Shown piece after piece: positions 56,510-64,000 of a stretch of DNA of 64,000 bases (its first letter is position 1; each line of letters opens with the position of its first letter). The DNA is from Chlamydiia bacterium. Lineage in GTDB: Bacteria; Chlamydiota; Chlamydiia; Chlamydiales; RGXB01. Under the pieces are notes generated by a model that saw only the letters and a list, made by a program, of their open reading frames with translations, was not told where the DNA came from and did not search any database. Where the stretch lies: NCBI GenBank assembly GCA_040382515.1, contig JBEIFH010000005.1, positions 2,397 to 66,396 on the forward strand, read 5' to 3'. Both the position numbers and the translations under genes were made by a program.

Positions 56510-57295
56510 ATGGAAATGCACGACCTGGCCATTTTTTTCAATTTTTTCAGAACCCTATTTCAGGATCAGACCTTCGTATGGGTCGATGTCCCTATTCTAA
56601 TTGTTGTCATTTTTGTCGAAATTCTCCTCTCAGCGGATAATATGCTAATCATAGGAATTTTGATCAAACAGCTCCCGAAATGGCAGAGATCGACCGCTAT
56701 TTGGACCGGAATTTTAGGCAGTGTCATTTTAAGGACGATCGCGATCCTTTTTGCCTCCTATTTGATACGTTTTTACTATTTTCAGGGGATCGGCGGCCTA
56801 TACTTGATGTACCTTGCCGGTTACGAGCTTACAAGCCACAAAAGTCCTATCACCCACCCCCAAAAAAAAACCGGTCTTGTTAAAATGATCCTGTACATTC
56901 TAGCTCTTGATCTGGTGTTTTCGGTCGATTCAATACTGGCGGCTTTTGCAGTTGTGGGGATCTCCCCTCTCGATGGAGATTCCTCCCCTAAATTATGGAT
57001 TGTTGTTGTGGGGGCCTCTTGTGGAATCGTCCTTTTGCGCTCTTTTACCTCCGAGGTGATCGTATGGCTCGAAAAAAAACCCTTTTTAGAAAAATTTACC
57101 CTTCTGTTTGTCTTTTGGATCGGTTTACGGCTTCTCATCGATGCGGGATTCAGTACGATGCAGATCGATTTCGGCATCAATGTGCTCACCATGAGAGAGC
57201 TCTTCAAATGGATATTCTGGGCGATCACCCTGATGTTTTTCATTTATGCCGGCATCGAACTTATCAGAAATAAAAAAAGCTCCCCTGAACTTTAA
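56510..57295 (+). CDS. TerC-family membrane protein
   Basis: EILLSADN and DLVFSVDSILAA motifs; multiple TMs. Confidence 0.92.
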   Translation: MEMHDLAIFFNFFRTLFQDQTFVWVDVPILIVVIFVEILLSADNMLIIGILIKQLPKWQRSTAIWTGILGSVILRTIAILFASYLIRFYYFQGIGGLYLMYLAGYELTSHKSPITHPQKKTGLVKMILYILALDLVFSVDSILAAFAVVGISPLDGDSSPKLWIVVVGASCGIVLLRSFTSEVIVWLEKKPFLEKFTLLFVFWIGLRLLIDAGFSTMQIDFGINVLTMRELFKWIFWAITLMFFIYAGIELIRNKKSSPEL

Positions 57296-57348
57296 AGATA
57301 AATCATTGATGTGAAAAAAAAGGGGCATCATTTATCATCAGCTCACCT

Positions 57349-57798
57349 ATGGAAAAAGAGATCGCTTCCAATCGCCAGGCCTTCTTCAATTACGAGATTT
57401 TAGACACTTTTGAAGCCGGCATCGTCTTAAAAGGCACAGAGGTAAAATCTCTACGCAACGGCAAATGCATGATAGCAGAAAGCTACGTGGATCTTGAAGA
57501 CCACATCCCTGTGATAAAGCTCATGTCGATCCCCCCCTATGCCTTCGGAAACATCCACAACCACGAGGAAAAACGTGTCCGTAAACTATTGATGCATAGA
57601 GAGGAGATTCTCCGGATTCAAAAAATGATTGAGCAAAAAGGGTATACAGCCATCCCCCTATCAGTCTATTTCAAAAAAGGTCTTGTCAAACTCAAAATCG
57701 GGATCGGGAAAGGGAAAAAATTGCACGACAAAAGAAGCGTGATCAAAGAGAGGGAACTCTCCCGTGAAGCGGAACGGGCGATGAAAAACAGTAGATAG
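57349..57798 (+). CDS. smpB: SsrA-binding protein
   Basis: EAGIVLKGTEVKSLR, RKLLMH and GKKLHDKR motifs. Confidence 0.97.
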   Translation: MEKEIASNRQAFFNYEILDTFEAGIVLKGTEVKSLRNGKCMIAESYVDLEDHIPVIKLMSIPPYAFGNIHNHEEKRVRKLLMHREEILRIQKMIEQKGYTAIPLSVYFKKGLVKLKIGIGKGKKLHDKRSVIKERELSREAERAMKNSR

Positions 57799-57857
57799 TT
57801 TTTATTATATAAAAAAACTATTTATGGTACACTCTCCTCCTACTTAAGGAGACACTT

Positions 57858-58652
57858 ATGCCATCTATTTTGGGAATCTATAATAGCCATGCACTTAAGA
57901 ATCTTTCGACTCGCCCCAAACTTTTTTGCCAAAAGATCCTCCAACAAAGTTTGCCTATTTTCGGTATTTTAAAAAAAGTTTTTACACTTTCCGTTTCTCC
58001 CATAAAATTTCTAGCAAAATCGGTTGTAAATCTGTGCACTTTCCCTACCTTGAAGGTGAATGGGAATATATGCCACTTCAATTTGCTCCAAACGGCAATA
58101 TTTGACTGCTCTCAAGATTACGAATCCCATTTGAAACAATCGCTATCTGAATACCCGCTCGCATACGATAAAGAAAAAAATCAGTTTGGCTTGGATCTCA
58201 ATAGATCGTCTAAAACAAATTTTTTGTATAATGAAAAATCGATGACAGCAGAGCAATTCGGTCAAAAAATTGAAGAGTTGGATTCCGATAACCCCGAATT
58301 CATGAAAAAGCTCTATTTTGCTTTGGGGCAAGGATTTTTAAACGGATTTTTTGGGATGACTGTCGAGCGACTCATTCAATTGGACCCCGATCTGTGTCTT
58401 TTTCAGGGCGCTGATACTACAAAGAAAATTCATGTGCACACTAAAGACCAATGTATATTCGTAGACACCATCCAAACCGATTTTACTGTGACAAAAGACA
58501 TGGATACAAAAATAAAAAAGGTCACGCTATGCGCCCGCTTTGCAATCGACCGTCAAACGGATGCTTTTGAGGTGAAAGCCCATGCTTTCACAATGCACCC
58601 CTGGTCATCGTTTAGAGCAACCCATCCCGGTTTCAATTCTTTCGATCCCTGA
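57858..58652 (+). CDS. Hypothetical protein between smpB and dnaN
   Basis: 264-aa ORF with strong SD AAGGAG; no recognisable domain. Confidence 0.75.
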   Translation: MPSILGIYNSHALKNLSTRPKLFCQKILQQSLPIFGILKKVFTLSVSPIKFLAKSVVNLCTFPTLKVNGNICHFNLLQTAIFDCSQDYESHLKQSLSEYPLAYDKEKNQFGLDLNRSSKTNFLYNEKSMTAEQFGQKIEELDSDNPEFMKKLYFALGQGFLNGFFGMTVERLIQLDPDLCLFQGADTTKKIHVHTKDQCIFVDTIQTDFTVTKDMDTKIKKVTLCARFAIDRQTDAFEVKAHAFTMHPWSSFRATHPGFNSFDP

Positions 58653-58793
58653 TCCCCCCTCAGGTCTTTCTTGAAAAGAGTTTTTTTAGATTCTACGGAT
58701 CGACCCCTTTTTCACTCGTAGACAAGAAAAATGGATTGACATCGAGACTTTTTATGCTCTAATCTTTTCCAAAAGATTTAAGCAAAAGGCTCT

Positions 58794-59924
58794 ATGAGTA
58801 GTACACTGGAAGCTATCGGAATGAAATGCATCGTAAACCGATCGCAATTGGTTTCCCTCATTTCTGTTGCACAAAGAATTGTCCCTGCAAAAGCGATTCT
58901 GCCCATTCTCTCTAACGTGCTCATAGAAGCGGGCGACGGGATGATCACATTGAGCGCAACAGACCTCAACGTGAGCTTGCAAGCCTCGATGCCTGCGCAA
59001 GTGGAGATCGCAGGTGCGATCACCCTTCCTGCCCGCCGTTTCTTCCAACTCATACGCGAACTTTCGACTCCTATGATTGAAATCACCGTGGAGGGGACGA
59101 TTGCGCAAATCCGAGCAGGATCCTCCCACTTCAAAGTCAATGGTATCGACAAGGGGGAGTTTCCGCCGATTCCGACCCAGATGAACGGACTGACCGTTGA
59201 TGTCAAAAGTGATGATCTGCGAGAAATGCTTATTCGTACCTCCTTTGCAGCCGCAAGGGAAGAGGTTGGAAAGCCCGCCTGCGTTTCCGTTTTGATGAAG
59301 ATCGAAAAAAAGGTCGCCACATTTGTTGCAACCGACGGTAAGCGTCTTGCCCGTTTCCAGAAATCGATTGAGATCGATCAGGATATCACAGCTGTGGTCC
59401 CCTTGAAAGCGGTGCAGGAGATGATCGATCTGTTAAGCTTCGATGAAACGGCGACCCTTTCGTTTCTGGATGGAAAAATCCTTCTCAAAGTGGGACCGGT
59501 TTGTTTGATCGCAAAATTGATCGGACTCCCCTACCCCGACTACGCGCGTGCTTTTGTCGATCAAAATGAGCTTACGATGATCAACATCCATAAAGAGGAG
59601 TGGGTAGCGCTTTTGCGTCAGATCGCCCTTTTCACATCAGAGACAAGCCACTCAGCCCGTTTCACATTCAAGGACGGCGTTATGCGATTACGCGCTCAAA
59701 GTCCCGAGTATGGGGAAGGGGAGGTTGAAATGGCGGTAGATGTTGCCAAAGAGCTCGACATCGCTTTCAATCCTCACTATGTGATGGAAGCACTCAAACA
59801 TTGCAAAGGGGATGTTGTCCGTCTGGGAATCTGCCACCCCTACATGCCCGGCCTTGTGCTTGACCCTGCTTCCCCCGGCGTGGATTTTGTAGTGATGCCG
59901 ATGCGGTTGAAAGAGGATGATTAA
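58794..59924 (+). CDS. dnaN: DNA polymerase III beta clamp
   Basis: PILSNVLI, ATDL, ATDGKRL, YPDY, IAFNP.Y and VVMPMRL motifs. Confidence 0.96.
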   Translation: MSSTLEAIGMKCIVNRSQLVSLISVAQRIVPAKAILPILSNVLIEAGDGMITLSATDLNVSLQASMPAQVEIAGAITLPARRFFQLIRELSTPMIEITVEGTIAQIRAGSSHFKVNGIDKGEFPPIPTQMNGLTVDVKSDDLREMLIRTSFAAAREEVGKPACVSVLMKIEKKVATFVATDGKRLARFQKSIEIDQDITAVVPLKAVQEMIDLLSFDETATLSFLDGKILLKVGPVCLIAKLIGLPYPDYARAFVDQNELTMINIHKEEWVALLRQIALFTSETSHSARFTFKDGVMRLRAQSPEYGEGEVEMAVDVAKELDIAFNPHYVMEALKHCKGDVVRLGICHPYMPGLVLDPASPGVDFVVMPMRLKEDD

Positions 59925-60948
59925 AAGTTTACAGGTCCACAAGTTTCGCTCTCATCCATTTTGTAGCGTCCCCTTCACGAAGGGGATGTTTGCTATAGTG
60001 GGGCCAAACGGAATTGGCAAAACAAATCTTTTAGAAGCGATCACTGTCGCTACTTTGGGCCGATCTTTCCGGACAGACTCTTTTAAAGAGATGTTGAAAG
60101 AGGGGGAGGAGGATGCCCAGATTCTCCTCGGTTTTGAAGAAGATGGCGTAGACCATGAGATCGGCTACCGTTTTGGAGTAAACGGCAAGCAGATCCGATT
60201 TAACGGGACTTTTCATAAAAGTTTTAGCCCGCTTTTAGGGCGCATCCCTGTTGGGATCGTCTCCCCTAAAGACATTGTTCTTATAGAGGGAAGCCCCTCC
60301 TTTAGACGTAAATATCTCAATCAGATACTATGCCAATCCTCGAAAGAGTACGCTTTTCACTGGAAGCGCTATATGGATGCCCTGGAGCAGAAAAATGCTG
60401 CTCTAAAAGCGCATGCGATCAAAGCACTTTTCCCTTTTGAAGAAATTTTGGCCTCAAGTGCGCAAGTGATTCAGAAGATGCGCTCGGAGCTTCTGGATGA
60501 GCTCAATCTTTTTCTTCAAAAAGAGAGCCCGCTATTACTGCAAAAAAACGAATCGATCCGTTTGGAATATGCCCCCTCTTTTATCGATAATTCCCCTTCC
60601 GCCCGCCTCAAGGAAATCGAGCGCCGCACCACCCTTAAAGGGCCCCATAGAGAGGATTTCTCTATCCTGTTTAAGGAAAAAGAGGCTTCTTGCCACGCCT
60701 CAGAGGGCCAAAAAAGGGCCCTGGTCCTTGCTTTACGATTTGCGGAGCTTGAGGCTCTTGAAAAAAAGACCCATAAAGCCCCCCTTCTCCTTATCGATGA
60801 TTTTGGAGCTCACCTAGACAGGATAAGGTTCGATCAACTCTTGGAACGAACTCTAGAACTTCCCCAATCGATTTTAACAGTCCCCCATGCACCCAATAAA
60901 GCCGCCACAGTTTTTTCTTTAGAGGGGTTTGGGGCCTTTTGTTCCTAA
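59917..60948 (+). CDS. recF: DNA replication and repair protein RecF
   Basis: GPNGIGKTNLLEAI, GSPSFRR.YL, GPHREDF, SEGQKR and LLIDD motifs. Confidence 0.95.
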   Translation: MIKSLQVHKFRSHPFCSVPFTKGMFAIVGPNGIGKTNLLEAITVATLGRSFRTDSFKEMLKEGEEDAQILLGFEEDGVDHEIGYRFGVNGKQIRFNGTFHKSFSPLLGRIPVGIVSPKDIVLIEGSPSFRRKYLNQILCQSSKEYAFHWKRYMDALEQKNAALKAHAIKALFPFEEILASSAQVIQKMRSELLDELNLFLQKESPLLLQKNESIRLEYAPSFIDNSPSARLKEIERRTTLKGPHREDFSILFKEKEASCHASEGQKRALVLALRFAELEALEKKTHKAPLLLIDDFGAHLDRIRFDQLLERTLELPQSILTVPHAPNKAATVFSLEGFGAFCS

Positions 60949-61037
60949 GCTTTAGTGGCTTAAAAGCGCGGATATTCATATTTATTTTTAATGTAAAACC
61001 CTTATAATATAAGGATACGTAGTAAACTAAGGTCCGC

Positions 61038-62333
61038 ATGAGCACCCGTTTGAATAATCCTTTTGCATTTTCGGGCACCGCTTTTGCTAGCGAGCCTGAT
61101 TACTTTTCTGATTGCGACGAGTCTGGGCTACCTGAGTCCCCTACTCTTAAAAGGGTCACATATAGCTCCGGTGAAGAAAGCGATTCTGGTATCTCCTTAG
61201 GAAAAAAAAGGGGCTTAGGGAATATTGCTAGCGAACCTTTGGCAAAAAGGGCAGTTCAGATGAGTTTGGAGGATTCCTACAAGAGATTCGACAAAAAGTT
61301 CACTCTACCTATGAGTCAAAGGGTTGTTCAAGAAAATAATTTTTTAGTCTTGAATCTTAAAACTGAAGCATCTTCCGATCCATTTTTTATTACAAGGTTG
61401 AAAACTCATACGTTAGGGGTCCCCCTGGTTACCAATTCTCTAGAAAACAATATTACCCCCTATATTCAAGATAATTTAAAACCTCTACTTCTGGCTGAAG
61501 CAAGAAAACCCTCAGAGAGCCCACGCGACTTGGCATCTATTGAAATGTTAAGAGGGCTTGTGAATGCAAAAATCACACCAACCCACTATTTGATCCTAAA
61601 AGGCGGGGTGAGTGTTCCGAAGGAAGTTGTCCAAGAAGGGAGCAAGTACGGTCACAATTTTGCTATAATGCCCCCGCTAGATGGAAATAGGATGTTGATA
61701 AAGCATGCAAAAGGGGGAGACCTTAGGTCCTATACGGAGCACCTTAGAGGATATATCCCTAGAGGTGAATGTGACGATTTCGCCCTACAGCTTTTACAAC
61801 AAGTGCAACGTTTGCACTCGATGGGTATCTTTCACCGTGATATCAAACGTGAAAATATTGTAGTAGATTTCAAAAAGGATCAAAGAAAAACGATTCAACT
61901 CATCGACTGGGGATTTGCAACAAAAGAGACCTCCTCAACACGCACCTGTGGATCAAAGGGTTACATGGCTCCCGAACTCTACTTTAAAGGATTTCCCCAA
62001 GGTAACGCCCCAGACAAGGTTGAACCTCTTAAAACCGATCTCTATGCTGTCGGTGTCACACTTTATGAGATCATCACGGGAAAATCATTTTCAGATTCTT
62101 TAAAAGGAATAGACCGAACACCTAATGAGACGTTTCATGCGTATTTCGGTCGCAAGGAAAAAGCGATCGATGCTTTTGTTGACACCCAGCAAAAAAAAGG
62201 GGCTTTGAGTGAAAACCACAGTCGGGTGATAAAAGGTTTTTTAAGAACTGATCCTGCAGCAAGGCACTCTATCGGTACAGCTTTAGAGATTCTTAGCCCT
62301 TCCCAAAAGACCGGATGTGCATCGAACATTTAG
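61038..62333 (+). CDS. Hanks-type Ser/Thr protein kinase, copy 1
   Basis: HRDIKREN, DWG, CGSKGYMAPE and DLYAVG motifs; disordered S-rich N-terminus. Confidence 0.9.
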   Translation: MSTRLNNPFAFSGTAFASEPDYFSDCDESGLPESPTLKRVTYSSGEESDSGISLGKKRGLGNIASEPLAKRAVQMSLEDSYKRFDKKFTLPMSQRVVQENNFLVLNLKTEASSDPFFITRLKTHTLGVPLVTNSLENNITPYIQDNLKPLLLAEARKPSESPRDLASIEMLRGLVNAKITPTHYLILKGGVSVPKEVVQEGSKYGHNFAIMPPLDGNRMLIKHAKGGDLRSYTEHLRGYIPRGECDDFALQLLQQVQRLHSMGIFHRDIKRENIVVDFKKDQRKTIQLIDWGFATKETSSTRTCGSKGYMAPELYFKGFPQGNAPDKVEPLKTDLYAVGVTLYEIITGKSFSDSLKGIDRTPNETFHAYFGRKEKAIDAFVDTQQKKGALSENHSRVIKGFLRTDPAARHSIGTALEILSPSQKTGCASNI

Positions 62334-62415
62334 AGGTAAGCCCACCGCCCTGCGAGGTTCTCATAGAAATAAATAAGCCGCAGTAGTACTATAGAACCCT
62401 ATTTCCTCTGGTTTT

Positions 62416-63711
62416 ATGTCCTTTTTATCCCCCTTTTCAAGTCTGATTCGACCCCCAACGCCTAATTCAACCGATGGAGTCTCTACACCTGTAACACCAA
62501 TTTATATCCGCCATAGCGGGCCCGGTAATACATCGCCCTTCTCCTCTCCAAGGCAGACAAAAAATCCCCTCCCCTGCTTTCACGATCAACCACCCTCCTT
62601 AGCGTCTCCCCGATCGGACCATTCTTGTAAAAAAGAGATCGATGCGATTTTTCAATCGATGTTCAAAACCTTGTCGGGAAAAAGAATAGCTATCGACAAA
62701 AAAAAGCTGGAGCTTATTACCCTGATCAAAGAAGGGAAAAAAGGGCTTAAGGAAAAAAGCTATCTTGTTTACCGGACCCCCCTTGTAAATTCCGCACAAA
62801 ATACCCCCTTCCCGTGCATCAAAGAAAGTAAAAAAGGCTTTAAGCAGTATCTTCTATTTGAACCCAAATTGTCCCCTACTACAACCAAAAGCCCGTTCGA
62901 TGCTAAAAAACTAGACTTTCATAGCCGTGCAGCCGATCATAAACTAGCTCTTAAGTGCATCCGCGTGGTGAGCTCTGTAGTTTCCGGACTCAACCCTGAC
63001 GAAGGGCAATTCCCCTCAGGCTACGGTTTAAAAGTCGAATATGATTCTAGATTCTTAACCCCCTATGCCGAAGGGGGGGATGTCCTCTGTTTTCTCAATA
63101 GCAACAGGAGAAATTTAACTTTAGGCGTTCGCTCCTCTTTGGGACTAAAAATTTTAAAAAAATTTGCTGCGCTCCATCGAATAGGGATTATCCACCGCGA
63201 TATAAAACCTGAAAATATCCTTATGCGTCGGGGGGAGCCTTTCATCTGCGATTTTGGATTTTCTGAAAAAGAAGGGGTCTCTTTAAAAAGCTGCGGTTCT
63301 AGAAAATTTATCCCCCCTGAATATAGACCGAAAGCTTTTTTAGGAAAATCACTAAGATTAAAAAACGCCCCTGAGGATAGCGAACCCTTTTCGGTAAAAC
63401 AGATCGACCTGTATACCTTAGGGAGCACACTATTCACAGTGCTCGCCGATCGTTTTTTAGACGATGCCCTTAAGCTCCATTTAAGAAATTATGTTCCCCC
63501 TTTCTATCCTGATGAATGGGATGGCAAGGAATTCAGTGTATTTCAAGATTTCCAAAAAGAATTTGTCCGCGATGCCATAATCCATTTTTTAGAACCCTAT
63601 CCCCAATCTATCATCGAGGTCATTCAGGGGCTTACGGCTCTTTCCCCCAAGGAAAGGATGCCTCTAAAAACAGCTATCGAAAAATGGGAACAATGCGAAC
63701 AGTCGGACTAG
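62416..63711 (+). CDS. Hanks-type Ser/Thr protein kinase, copy 2
   Basis: HRDIKPEN, DFG, CGSRKFIPPE and DLYTLG motifs; S/P-rich N-terminus. Confidence 0.9.
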   Translation: MSFLSPFSSLIRPPTPNSTDGVSTPVTPIYIRHSGPGNTSPFSSPRQTKNPLPCFHDQPPSLASPRSDHSCKKEIDAIFQSMFKTLSGKRIAIDKKKLELITLIKEGKKGLKEKSYLVYRTPLVNSAQNTPFPCIKESKKGFKQYLLFEPKLSPTTTKSPFDAKKLDFHSRAADHKLALKCIRVVSSVVSGLNPDEGQFPSGYGLKVEYDSRFLTPYAEGGDVLCFLNSNRRNLTLGVRSSLGLKILKKFAALHRIGIIHRDIKPENILMRRGEPFICDFGFSEKEGVSLKSCGSRKFIPPEYRPKAFLGKSLRLKNAPEDSEPFSVKQIDLYTLGSTLFTVLADRFLDDALKLHLRNYVPPFYPDEWDGKEFSVFQDFQKEFVRDAIIHFLEPYPQSIIEVIQGLTALSPKERMPLKTAIEKWEQCEQSD

Positions 63712-63862
63712 AGTTTTCAAATAGACTATGAGCTGCCCTCTTACTGCTAAAAAATCTTAGATTAAAACCAGCCAAAAGAGCTTAGAACGCTCGTGCAAAT
63801 CTAGTCGGTTACCCCTTCTTTAGATCTTGTAATCAAGTTTGACATTTATCGATCTAGTCTAT

Positions 63863-64000
63863 ATGGCAAAAGAAGCAGTAAAAAGGCTTTTCCCTGTGTC
63901 ACATGAGGTAGGTGGCCCTCCACCAGATCCCTCCCTTCCAAATCCGAATCCTCAAAGTTCTAAAGATAAGGATAAAGTTCAAGAATTAGCCGAACAAGTT
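63863..64000 (+). CDS. Start of a hypothetical protein (truncated by window edge)
   Basis: Open frame MAKEAVKRLFPVSHEVGGPPPDPSLPNPNPQSSKDKDKVQELAEQV to the end of the window. Confidence 0.55.
   Translation, partial: MAKEAVKRLFPVSHEVGGPPPDPSLPNPNPQSSKDKDKVQELAEQV

Noticed and set aside
54555-57295. CBASS or other anti-phage system built on patatins, or a tellurite-resistance operon
   Set aside because: No nucleotide cyclase, reverse transcriptase or other ter genes are adjacent; TerC is solitary.
57296-57857. tmRNA gene beside smpB
   Set aside because: The flanking spacers are too short and lack tRNA-like ends.
58653-58793. Replication origin upstream of dnaN
   Set aside because: No dnaA gene and no cluster of TTATCCACA-like boxes are visible in this short spacer.
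4895-63731. Numerous 60-180 aa ORFs nested in or antisense to well-supported genes (e.g. 7134-7661, 58778-59320)
   Set aside because: They lack motifs and start signals and are explained as alternative-frame shadows of the real genes.

Overview
A gene-dense bacterial chromosome segment, most likely from a divergent environmental member of the phylum Chlamydiota. Supporting gene orders are waaA beside leuS with a DASS translocator nearby, an aroA-aroK-aroC-aroB-aroDE operon with fused aroDE, smpB-dnaN-recF with no dnaA, adjacent dsbA/dsbB, and SET-domain and Inc-like genes. Housekeeping genes include leuS, waaA, the aro operon, mnmA, adk, uup, rlmN, smpB, dnaN, recF and three tRNAs. Between them lie probable host-interaction genes, often as tandem pairs: 2 SET methyltransferases, 2 alpha/beta hydrolases, 2 degenerate patatins, 2 Hanks-type kinases, an LRR protein and Inc-like orphans. 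Likely acquired enzymes include homospermidine synthase, a GH63-like glucosidase, an M15 peptidase, an LTA-synthase-family enzyme and an FAD monooxygenase beside an RND pump. I see no CRISPR array, IS element, prophage or rRNA. The most unusual signals are a non-coding 58/61-bp tandem array upstream of rlmN, an apparent +1 frameshift in an A9 run of aroB, a G10 tract at the start of an Inc-like gene that overlaps a PAP2 phosphatase, a miniaturised DsbA/DsbB pair, a signal-peptide-bearing LOG enzyme, a DASS-SET-SET operon, and repeated promoters placed for near-leaderless mRNAs. All calls come from reading motifs by eye; no database search was run.
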